Positions 52,155 through 61,566 of a stretch of 64,000 nucleotides of DNA are shown here, in pieces. Where the stretch lies: positions 1,920,001 to 1,984,000 of the forward strand of contig OY968769.1 of the NCBI GenBank assembly GCA_963695345.1, given 5' to 3'. The notes beneath the pieces are model-generated. The model was given only the letters and a program-made list of their open reading frames with translations, was not told where the DNA came from and ran no database searches. Within the stretch, counting starts at the first letter, position 1; each line of letters starts with the position of its first letter. Source of the DNA: an uncultured Methanomassiliicoccales archaeon. Its GTDB lineage: Archaea; Thermoplasmatota; Thermoplasmata; Methanomassiliicoccales; UBA472. The translations under genes were made by a program, and so were the position numbers.

Positions 52155-53213
52155 CTAGATGAAAATCCTCGGTAGCAGGTCCCCGAGCTGGATACATTTC
52201 GATTCCTGTTCGCAGAACCTTTTTCCCTCGGCGGAAGTGTCGAGTCTATCGCAAATGGCGTACGGCACCTTCATCACGATATGTTCGCCGGTGACCGACG
52301 AGCAACCATGGTCAACGATGACGGCGATGCGGCAATTGGAGAACGATTTCGCGTTCCGCATGAGCTCCTTGTCCACCGCCTCGAGGAGCTCCACCTTCTC
52401 TCTCGGGGCTCGTTTGTGGGAGATGTCGTCCGTCTCCTCGACGTGCAGGAACACATCCCCGTCCTTGATCATCAAGGCCGCTTCCTTGATGCTCTGTTTG
52501 AACCCCGGTACCCGTTTCGACTTGATGCCTAGGAACGCCGCCACACCCAGAGCGGAAGGGCTCTTTGAGAGGATGGTCATCGACGGTATCTTCCTCCCAT
52601 TCATCCTGGCCTCCTCCGCGAGCTTGCCGAACCCGCCTCCCCATGGCAGCATCGTTATGCCGCCGGTGTGTTCCGCCACGGATTCCGCGAATGTCCCGAA
52701 CTCATAGAGGTCCTCGGGCATCACGTTGGCCGGGCCTGGTGGTTTGGGGAGGTCAAGTATCCGGCTGCTCTCCACCGTCATCACGGCCTTTCCGCCCTGG
52801 TAGAAAAGGATGCTCGGTTTCATCCCAGATATGTGCTTTTTGCTCTTCAGGACCGCCTTCTGCAATTGGATCTCATCCGCGACCGACACTTTGTAATACC
52901 ATTCCACACGGCCATCCACGATCTTGGCCGGCGTCATCCGGTAGGCGATCCGGGAAGCGTCCAGGGGAAGGCCCATCCCGAAAGCCTCGATGACCCCCCG
53001 GGGTACATCGAGAGGCTTGCCGGAGAACAATTGCAGAAGGAAGAAGTGGGTGTATTCCCGGGCGTCAGTGCATCCCAACTCGCCGCTCGACGCAATAGAA
53101 TTGATGAATTTCATGTTGGAAATCTGGAGCGGGGTCTTGTAGTCAAGCGCTGGGACCTTTTCGTCGGTCGCTCCATCGAGCATGATCACAAGCGTCCGCT
53201 TTGAGTTGGACAT
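52155..53213 (-). CDS. Alkaline-phosphatase-superfamily protein, divergent ApgM/iPGM-like
   Basis: LDGATD..TPLQ, FLHVEETDDISH, VDHG and GEH metal-ligand motifs. Confidence 0.8.
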   Translation of the reverse strand: MSNSKRTLVIMLDGATDEKVPALDYKTPLQISNMKFINSIASSGELGCTDAREYTHFFLLQLFSGKPLDVPRGVIEAFGMGLPLDASRIAYRMTPAKIVDGRVEWYYKVSVADEIQLQKAVLKSKKHISGMKPSILFYQGGKAVMTVESSRILDLPKPPGPANVMPEDLYEFGTFAESVAEHTGGITMLPWGGGFGKLAEEARMNGRKIPSMTILSKSPSALGVAAFLGIKSKRVPGFKQSIKEAALMIKDGDVFLHVEETDDISHKRAPREKVELLEAVDKELMRNAKSFSNCRIAVIVDHGCSSVTGEHIVMKVPYAICDRLDTSAEGKRFCEQESKCIQLGDLLPRIFI

Positions 53214-53287
53214 ATCATCCATTAACACAATTCATATCCTTAATCGTTTTGCAGGGCGGTTATCGTGAGATGAATGGGCCAGCATAT

Positions 53288-55473
53288 TCAGTGACCGGAC
53301 AGGGCGATCGCGCACTGCCCGGCCGAGATGCAGCCGTCGCCGTTCGGCAGCTGATCCGGCAGAAGCAGCTCGAACCCTTTGGAGCGGGCGATCTCTCTGG
53401 TCAGCCGGCAGACGGTCGCGTTATAGGATACCCCTCCAGTGATCCCTATGGCGCCAAGGCCTTTGGAATCGGCCTCGAGGCAGGCGATATCGACCAACGA
53501 TTCCAGGATCGCCTTCACGAAGCTCACCGCCAGGTCTTCCTTCCTTCCGTCGGACTCAAACAGCTGGGCGAACAGCGGGATGGTCTGAACCACTCCATTC
53601 TTCACCTCCGCGGCCAGCTCGACGGTCGGTTCTCCCTTCTCCAGCCATCTCTCCAGCTTCATGGCCGGCTCTCCGTCATAGGAACGATACTGGCATATCC
53701 CCAGGTAGCAGGACAGGGCATCCATGACCCTTCCCATGCTGGTGGTCTTCGGGCTTTTGGTCATCAGCTTTCGGAGCAGGGCGGCGTCGACGTCGGTGAA
53801 ATACCCGCCATCCTGTCCCAGAGTCTCCCGGATGGCGAACACCAGCCGCTTGACGTCGTAGACCGCCTTCTCACCGCCGAGCAACGGTATCTCCTGCAGA
53901 TGGCCGACCCTGCGATAGGAGTCGAACCCGGAGTGCAGGACCTCGCCGCCCCATGCGTTGCCATCGTCACCGTAGCCGGTGCCGTCCAGGGTCAGGGCGA
54001 CCGTCTCATCGATGCGGTGGTCCACCATCAGCGCGGCGGCATGGGCCCAATGGTGCTGGACCTCCACGAGCCTGACCCCGGACCCTTCGGCCAGACGCTT
54101 TCCCAGCCGGCGGGTCGAGTATCCGGGATGCAGGTCGATGCCGATCGCCTCGACGGTGTCCGCTCCCAGAAGCCTTCTCTGGTAGGCCAGCCCTGATTCC
54201 AGGAACTCGAGGACGCCGGCAGAGCTGGCATCCCCGATGTACTGGGTGGCGTACAGCTTCTTACCGATCGCCAGCGATCCGGCGATGCTCTCCTGCGCCC
54301 CCAGCCCGATCGCCGTCCCTTCGAAAGGAAAATCGACGGCGACCGGGATGTGTCCTCTCGACTTGCGAATGTAGAACGTGCGGTCATCGAAGCTGCGTAC
54401 CACCGAATCATCGCACCGGTTGACGATCTCCCGATCGTGGAACAGGTAGCAATCGGCCCCCAGCGCAAGGGCGTCCTCGTCGCGCAGGACCATCGGTTCA
54501 CCGGGGACGTTGGCCGAGGTCATTACCAGGGCATCCTCGTCCAGCTCGGAGAACAGGATGTGCTGCATCTCGGTGTACGGCAGGAACACCCCGATGTTAC
54601 CCAGTCCGGGAGCTATCATTTCGGTGACGGCAGAATCCTTCTTGGGCAGCAGCACGATCGGTCGGTGTGTCGATAACAGCAGCTCTTCCTCGTGCCGGTC
54701 CGGTGAAGCGTACCTCCATGGCCGATTCTATGTCCCGGACCATGATGGCGAACGGTTTCTCCCGTCTCCGGTACCACTGCCTCATCCGGGGAAGAGTTGA
54801 GAGGGTGCAGCATAGGTGCATGCCTCCCCAGCCCTTTCGCAACGCCAATAAAACCCTTAACGAGCATCGAGGCGAACGTCGGGATCGGTTCGCCTGGAAC
54901 CGACCTGCCATCGCCATCAAGCAGCCGGAACTTCGGGCCGCACACCGGACATGAGATGGTCTGGTGATGGAACCTTCTGGCCCCCGGGTCTCCGTACTCT
55001 CGGTGGCAATCGGGGCACATCGGGAACTGGTTCATCGAAGTGAGCTCGCGGTCATACGGAAGGTCATTGATGATCGAGAATCGGGCACCACAATCGGTGC
55101 AGTTGGTGAACGGATAGAGATGGCGTCGGTCTGACGGGTCGAACATCTCTTTCTGGCAGTTCTCGCATACCGCGGTGTCGTTCGGGATGCCGACTCCCTT
55201 CTGGCCGCTGGAACTTTTCACGATCTGAAAACCAGTTCCGGCCAGTTCACCGTTGGGCCGGCCCGGGGACATCTCCACGCTGTCCAGCCGTGCCAGTGGA
55301 GGAAGCGTCCTGCGCAGTTCGGATAGGAACAGGTCCGCGTCACCATCGACCTCAATGACGACGTTCGAACCGTTGTTCTGCACATATCCGTCCATTCCCA
55401 GCTGGGTGGCCACCCGATGGACCGTAGGCCGGAAGCCGACCCCCTGGACAATGCCGCGGACAGTTATACGCAT
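53288..55473 (-). CDS. hypF: [NiFe]-hydrogenase maturation carbamoyltransferase (frameshifted)
   Basis: GIVQGVGFRP, CENC/CTDCGAR/CPDC/CPVCGP zinc fingers, MTSAN, QHHWAH, DGTGYG and DG.IS.GQ. Confidence 0.96.
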
Positions 55474-55584
55474 CGATGGATTCGAACATCTGGGAATTAT
55501 TTAACGTATTTGCAAAAAGGTAGCCGCCGACCGGGCAAAGTAATATACTGGTGACACCGATTCCGCAGGTCAAGGGGATCAGAT

Positions 55585-55968
55585 ATGAGCGAAATCAGGG
55601 CCGGGCTGTACTACTCAAAGGATCACGAATGGGTGAAGGTTGAGGGCAGCAATGCCCGGATAGGCATTTCCGATCACGCTCAGCATGAGCTCAACGACCT
55701 GGCATTCATCCAGTTGCCGAAGGTCGGGGACAAGGTGAAGGCCGGGGAGGTGCTCGGTATCGTGGAGAGCGTGAAGAACACGGCCGATGTGATAAGTCCG
55801 GTCGGTGGCACAGTGGTCGATGTCAACTCGCCGCTGGAGGACAATCCCCAGATCATAAACAAGTCCCCATATGAAGATGGGTGGATCGCCATGGTAGAGA
55901 TGGACTCACCGGGCGATGTCCTGAGGCTCCTGGACGCGCCAAGCTACAAGAAGTTCCTCAATGAGTGA
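55585..55968 (+). CDS. gcvH: Glycine cleavage system H protein
   Basis: YYSKDHEWV..IGISDHAQ..VESVK..SPVGG..INKSPYEDGWI. Confidence 0.95.
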   Translation: MSEIRAGLYYSKDHEWVKVEGSNARIGISDHAQHELNDLAFIQLPKVGDKVKAGEVLGIVESVKNTADVISPVGGTVVDVNSPLEDNPQIINKSPYEDGWIAMVEMDSPGDVLRLLDAPSYKKFLNE

Positions 55969-56188
55969 TGGGGATCAGCCCTTTCATCACGAACGCCTCG
56001 TGCAGGTCGGCAATGAAGCCGTGCTCGTCCGCCGCCAATCTCTTCTTCACTTCCTTCCAGACGTCAGGGCAATAGTCCTTGCCGAGCAGTTCTTTGATGG
56101 TCCGGTCCACTTCCTTGCGGTTTTCCGGCGTCAGTTTGACGCCCGCTGCAATGACGACATCGTCCAGGTGCCTGAGATAGCACGACAT
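55958..56188 (-). CDS. Small hypothetical protein
   Basis: MSCYLRHL..NRKEVDR.I..CPDVWKEVK. Its codon usage is typical of the window. Confidence 0.7.
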   Translation of the reverse strand: MSCYLRHLDDVVIAAGVKLTPENRKEVDRTIKELLGKDYCPDVWKEVKKRLAADEHGFIADLHEAFVMKGLIPITH

Positions 56189-56510
56189 GGCGTACAATAT
56201 CCGCCGGGGGTATAATCAACGTTCTCCATCCATTTTCATTCGTAGGAATCCATGCATTATGACAAATCACCCTGGTGCGCCAATGGGTCTTCCACAGATA
56301 CCGATTAATAACTCCTCTTCAATCGATATTGGTATTAATTCGGTCAGTTCACGGACAACAAGTTACGGACTCTACATGGAACAAATGATGAGGACCAGAA
56401 TGGTCAGGAAGGTTATTGGGATCATTTCATCGAAGAGCGTCCGTTCCAAATCGTTATCGGCAGAAACAGGGAACAGTGGCCATTATGGAAGATGGCAGGA
56501 AAGCAGATAG

Positions 56511-58448
56511 ATGTCATTCAAGAGAGTATTGTTGATCAAACCTTCCGGAAGGCACGGCCTTTCCTACGCATTCGACCTGATCCCCACCGGGCTGGAGTAC
56601 ATCGCCGCCTCGTTGGAGGATATCGTTGATAAAGTGGTCATATTGGACCTGGAGATGGGGGGCAGACCTTATCCTGATCTTATTACAGAGGCCTTGAAGG
56701 TCCATAATCCTGACCTGGTCGGTATAACGATGTCAGCGACAGAGCACAGCGAAGGTCTGGAGATCGCCCGAATGGCCAAAGGCCAGGGGGCCGCCACTCT
56801 GATGGGCGGATACCATCCCACGGCGATTCCCGATGAACTGCTATCGCATCGCCAGGTGGACATGGTGGTCCGCGGCGAAGGCGAGATGACCATACGTGAG
56901 CTGGTTCTGAAAGGGGGGCCTCAAGGAGTCAAGGGCGTTTCGTACCGGGAGGACGACAAGATAATCCACAACCCCGACCGGGAGTTCATCGAGGACCTGG
57001 ACAGCCTTCCATTTCCGGCCCGGCATCTGAGAAAGCACACGTACGGAACGAGGTTGATGCGGGACCGCGACTTTGATGTGCTGACCACGTCCCGCGGTTG
57101 CTGGGGCAGGTGCACCTTCTGCTGTGAGCCCACCATGAGCAAGAGCCATCAACGTTACCGTTCACCCGAGAACGTGATGAAGGAGATACTGGAGATCGTC
57201 TCCTTCCATAACAACAAGCCGCTCGCCATCGACATAACCGACCCTCATTTCATGGGCAAGCCGGAGCTGGTGGAGCGCCTCTGCGACCTTCTGGCGCCGC
57301 ACCATCTCGACATCCGCTTCGGGGTCAAGGTGCGGGCCGATTCGGTGGCCAAACATCCCGAGATCGTCAGGAAGATGATCGCGGTCGGGATCGAGGGTTT
57401 CGAAATGGGCATCGAAAGCCCTAACCAGGAGGATATCCGCTCCACAGCGAAGGGGATGAGCATCGACGTACACGTTACGGCGGTTAATAACATCAAGAAA
57501 TATGGAGGCAACGCAGGCGGGACCTTCGTCATCGGCCTTCCTGGTCAGACCGAAGAACAGATCCTGGGTTTCCCGGCCTATGCCAAGAAGATAGGGCTCA
57601 CCAGCACCGCCTACGGCATTGCCACGCCATTTCCCGGAACGAAGTTCCATGAGGACCTGGATGCCCAGGGCCTGATATTCGAGACCGACTGGAACCGCTA
57701 TGACGAGATGCACTCCATATTCCGGTCCGATCACCTCTCCAGCCAACGGACGGAAGAGCTGGCCTCGATCTGCATGGCCCGGTTCTGGACGGTGGACACG
57801 TTCATCGAAAAGGAACGGATGCACACGATAAGGTCCGCATCGAAAAGACCGTTGATAAAGTTCATCGGGGACAAGATGCAGGAGCTGGACTTCTCGCTGA
57901 GGATGGGATCGCAGTTGCAGACCAAGAACCTGGGGAAACACGTCATATCCGTCATCGAGGCGTCAGCCGACCCTGGCGTTGAGAGATACACCAGGGAGGT
58001 GGGCGTGCACAACATCATCGAAATGCCCGTGCTCCTACGGCTGATGGGCGATCAAAAGGTGCAGCTCACGGTAAAGAGCAACGGAGAGGCGGTCACAAGC
58101 TGGATACTCAAGACCGCCCAGAACAAGGTGGAGTACATCCAGGTGATACCAGGAAGGTCGGATCAGAGCACGGTGAACGTGGACCTGGAACTGGATGATT
58201 TCAATTTCAGCAAGAGCGGCAGCGTGAACCTGGTCGAGAGCATCGCCATCCTGGGGAAGATGCTAGCTTCGAACAAGGGGATCAGGAAGCAACCGACGAT
58301 GATCCGATTGATGGTTGCCGGAGGTATGGAGATGGTCGTGGGCTACGTTAGGAGCATGGACCGAAAGGTCTCCGGAAAACGCTCCACCAGCATGCCGAGG
58401 GTTAGTCCATGCGGTCCGTCCTGCGCCGACAGCCCATGGGCAAAATAG
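56511..58448 (+). CDS. B12-binding-domain radical SAM protein with C-terminal extension
   Basis: PTGLEYIAA, PDLVGIT, GGYHPT, GEGE, TSRGCWGRCTFC, GIES and TPFPGT. Confidence 0.92.
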   Translation: MSFKRVLLIKPSGRHGLSYAFDLIPTGLEYIAASLEDIVDKVVILDLEMGGRPYPDLITEALKVHNPDLVGITMSATEHSEGLEIARMAKGQGAATLMGGYHPTAIPDELLSHRQVDMVVRGEGEMTIRELVLKGGPQGVKGVSYREDDKIIHNPDREFIEDLDSLPFPARHLRKHTYGTRLMRDRDFDVLTTSRGCWGRCTFCCEPTMSKSHQRYRSPENVMKEILEIVSFHNNKPLAIDITDPHFMGKPELVERLCDLLAPHHLDIRFGVKVRADSVAKHPEIVRKMIAVGIEGFEMGIESPNQEDIRSTAKGMSIDVHVTAVNNIKKYGGNAGGTFVIGLPGQTEEQILGFPAYAKKIGLTSTAYGIATPFPGTKFHEDLDAQGLIFETDWNRYDEMHSIFRSDHLSSQRTEELASICMARFWTVDTFIEKERMHTIRSASKRPLIKFIGDKMQELDFSLRMGSQLQTKNLGKHVISVIEASADPGVERYTREVGVHNIIEMPVLLRLMGDQKVQLTVKSNGEAVTSWILKTAQNKVEYIQVIPGRSDQSTVNVDLELDDFNFSKSGSVNLVESIAILGKMLASNKGIRKQPTMIRLMVAGGMEMVVGYVRSMDRKVSGKRSTSMPRVSPCGPSCADSPWAK

Positions 58449-58466
58449 GAAAGGATAAGGCGGGGC

Positions 58467-59252
58467 TCAGGCCCCTGCCTCTTTCAAGATATCGGCGCAC
58501 TTGCACTTCTTACGCAGCTCCGGTATCTTCGGCAATACGTTCTTGAGCAGAAGCTGCACCTTGTCCATGTTGTCGGCCATGGTCTTGAGGATGGACTTGG
58601 TGTCGACCGGCTCGTCAGCCCACACATCGAAATCGGTGATCATGGCCAGGCTGGTGTAGCACATTTCCATCTCCCTTGCGAGCTGGCATTCCGGGACGAC
58701 GGTCATGCCGATGATGTCGGCGAAGGCCCGGTACATCGTGCTCTCCGCCCTGGTGGAGAACCGGGGACCTTCGACGCATACGTACGTCCCACCGGCATGG
58801 ACCGGGATCTTGGCCTTTTTTGCCGCCTTGACGAACAGGTCGTTCATCTCCGGACAGAACGGGTCGGCCATGCTGACATGGACCGTCTTTCCCTCATCGA
58901 AGAAGGTGTACTCCCTGGTCTTGGTGAAATCTATGAACTGGTCCACCACTACGATCTCTCCCGGCTTGAAATCTTCCTGGAGCGATCCGACCGCACAGGG
59001 GGACACGATCCTTTCCACCCCCAGCTGCTTCATGGCCCAGACGTTGGCCCGGTAGTTCACCTTGTGCGGTGGGTATACATGCCCCTTTCCATGCCGGGGC
59101 AGGAAAGCCACCTCCACGCCGTATAGGTCGCCGATGAGGATCTCGTCGGAGGTCGCCCCATACGGTGTGAAAGGTCTCACCGTCTCCTTGAGCTTGAACA
59201 TCTTGGGGTCATAGACCCCGGTGCCGCCGATGATACCGATCTTGGCCTGCAT
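58467..59252 (-). CDS. mtnP: 5'-methylthioadenosine/inosine phosphorylase
   Basis: IGIIGGTG, FLPRHG..H, NYRAN, DQFIDFT, EGPRFSTRAES and ITDFD. Confidence 0.94.
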   Translation of the reverse strand: MQAKIGIIGGTGVYDPKMFKLKETVRPFTPYGATSDEILIGDLYGVEVAFLPRHGKGHVYPPHKVNYRANVWAMKQLGVERIVSPCAVGSLQEDFKPGEIVVVDQFIDFTKTREYTFFDEGKTVHVSMADPFCPEMNDLFVKAAKKAKIPVHAGGTYVCVEGPRFSTRAESTMYRAFADIIGMTVVPECQLAREMEMCYTSLAMITDFDVWADEPVDTKSILKTMADNMDKVQLLLKNVLPKIPELRKKCKCADILKEAGA

Positions 59253-59409
59253 AGTGATCGGAACCTGGAACGGTTTTTCGGATAAAGAACCGTCGGCCTC
59301 CCAGGTCAATTAACGATTGTCTATTCAGGACAATTTATCTTTCGTTTTTCCGGAAAGGAATACGAAAGACTTATTTTGAGTCAGTTGCACTGTTGCCTTT
59401 GGATATAAT

Positions 59410-59943
59410 ATGGGACCGAAGGCTGAAGTGAATCCAATTTGGGCGTGCAGGGCGTTTCCGGCATTCCCTGTCGTGCTCGTGGCCGTGGGGGATGGTCAAG
59501 AGGGCGGGGAAAGGAACGTCATGACCGTGGCTTTGGTCCATATGTTCTCTTTCAATCCGCCAGTCCTCGGAGTGGGCGTTTCGCCATCGAGGCATACCTA
59601 CTCCCTCATGGAAAAGTATCCCGATTTCTCCATCAACATTCCCTGCAAGGAGCTTGTGGAAGAGGTCCTTTACTGTGGCCAGAAGTCCGGGAGGGAAGTG
59701 GACAAGTTCGAGGAGTGCGGGCTCGGATGCAGGAAGGGAAACAAGATCGACTCCCCGATTCTGGACGAATGCATGGTCAACCTGGAACTGAGGAAGACGC
59801 AGAAGGTGGAAGCGGGGGACCATGTTTGGTTCCTGGGCGAGGTGGTCCACGCGGAGATGGAATCCTGCGCCGACAGGGACCGGGCGCTGCTGTATTGGTC
59901 TGGCGAGTTCCGGTTGATAGGCGACGTGATAAGACGCCGTTGA
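59410..59943 (+). CDS. Flavin reductase-like (flavoredoxin) protein
   Basis: PVVLV..NVMT..SFNPP..FSINIP..GQKSGREVDKF..GDHVWFLGEV. Confidence 0.9.
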   Translation: MGPKAEVNPIWACRAFPAFPVVLVAVGDGQEGGERNVMTVALVHMFSFNPPVLGVGVSPSRHTYSLMEKYPDFSINIPCKELVEEVLYCGQKSGREVDKFEECGLGCRKGNKIDSPILDECMVNLELRKTQKVEAGDHVWFLGEVVHAEMESCADRDRALLYWSGEFRLIGDVIRRR

Positions 59944-60004
59944 TGTCGGACTCTTCCAAAGATATTTAGCGTGACTCATTCAATCATTGTCCTCGGTGAG
60001 AACA

Positions 60005-60548
60005 ATGGGATCTTTTCAGGACGACAAGATAGACACTGACAATATGACCTCGGTCCAGCTGCTGCCGCCCGCCCCAGTGGTATTGGTGGCCGTGGGGGAC
60101 AAGGAAGGCAAGGAGAGGAACATCATCTCCGTGGGCATGTTCAACCTTTTCTCACAGAAACCGCCTCTGATCGGCATCGCGGTGCTAACCTCGAGGCAGT
60201 CGTACAAGCTGCTGGAAGAGTGTCCTGACTTCTCGGTCAACATCCCCGGAAAGGAACTGATCGAACAGGTCGATCCTGTGCGGGACCAAGTCCGGCAAGA
60301 ACATGGACAAGTTCAAGGAGGCGGGTCTGACCGCCATTCCGGGCAAGAGGATCAAGTCCCCCAAGATCGAGGAGTGCCTCATCAACATCGAGGTGAAGAA
60401 GAAGGAGTCGTTCGAGAAGGGCGACCACACATGGTATGTCGGGGAGATCGTCCACACCGACGTGACCAAGGACTATGACCGCTCCAATGCCCTGTTGTTC
60501 TGGGATGGGGAGTTCAGCACCTCTGGTAAGGTCCTTAAGAAGCTTTAA
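60005..60548 (+). CDS. Flavin reductase-like protein, tandem paralog (frameshift near 60272)
   Basis: PVVLV..NII..FSVNIP..GTKSGKNMDKF..GDHTWYVGEI. Confidence 0.88.
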
Positions 60549-60711
60549 CGGACCTGAACCGGTCCAATATTATTTTTTACGAATATATTATTTTGAATTG
60601 CCACTAACCGCCGGACGCGATGCGGTGCTGGCGGAGACCCGTCTGTGGCTCCTTGGAATGATTCGACACTGAAAAATTGTAATTCGGCCCAAGTGACCGG
60701 GTCGAAAATCG

Positions 60712-61566
60712 CTACTCCGGCGGTTTCGCCCTGGGGAATGAGCCGAACACCTTCACGAACGATGCCTTGCGTACCAGGTCGATAAGGGCCTTGCTGACGC
60801 TGGCATCGTTGACGCTGCCGTCTATGTCCAGATAGAACACGTATTCCCAGGGGCGTTCCTTTCTTGGGCGGGACTCCAGCTTGGTGATGTTCACGCCGTG
60901 CTCGGCGAACGCACCCAGACATTTGTACAGGGCGCCAGGCACGTGTTTGGTGGTGAATGCCAGCGCCGTCTTGTCGCCGCCGCTGTCGACCTTGGGGTCC
61001 TTTTCCAGGACGAAGAACCGGGTACAGTTCTTGTTGCTGTTCTGGATACCTTCCCGGAGGACCTTCATGCCGTAGTAGTCCGCCGCCCTCCTGCTGGCCA
61101 CGGCCGCCTCCTCCAACAGCCCGCGCTGTTTGATCATGAGAACGCTGCCCGCCGTGTCGAAGGAGGGGATCTTCTCCCATTCCGGATGATCGAGCAGGAA
61201 GTTCCTGGACTGGCCCAGCGCCTGCGGGTGGCTGTACACCTTCCGAATGTCATTCAACTCAGCATTCGGCTGGCCGATGAGACAGTGCCTGATAGGCAAC
61301 AGGATCTCGCCGATCACCGTCAGGTCGCTCTCCAGGAGCAGGTCGTTGGCCAGAGTGACGCTTCCCTCGATGCTGTTCTCCACCGGAAGGACGCCATGGG
61401 TGGCCTTTCCCCGGTCGACGGCGTCGAAGAGGTCGGTGAACTCCTGACAGGGCACGGTCTCCACATCATCGCCGAAGTACGAGTAGACCGCGTCCTCGCT
61501 GTAGGCCCCCTTCACTCCCTGGAACGCCACCTTCGCGCCGTCATGCGGTTCACCCATGCTCAGCAC
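60712..61566 (-). CDS. pheA: Prephenate dehydratase with ACT domain
   Basis: FQGVKGAYSE, PVENSIEG, SHPQALGQ, NCTRF and NITKLESRP. Confidence 0.96.
   Translation of the reverse strand: MLSMGEPHDGAKVAFQGVKGAYSEDAVYSYFGDDVETVPCQEFTDLFDAVDRGKATHGVLPVENSIEGSVTLANDLLLESDLTVIGEILLPIRHCLIGQPNAELNDIRKVYSHPQALGQSRNFLLDHPEWEKIPSFDTAGSVLMIKQRGLLEEAAVASRRAADYYGMKVLREGIQNSNKNCTRFFVLEKDPKVDSGGDKTALAFTTKHVPGALYKCLGAFAEHGVNITKLESRPRKERPWEYVFYLDIDGSVNDASVSKALIDLVRKASFVKVFGSFPRAKPPE

Noticed and set aside
60566-60650. Tandem aatattatttt repeat and small gccac/gtggc three-way fold
   Set aside because: It lies between convergent genes and is consistent with terminator sequence. The helices are too short to support an RNA call.
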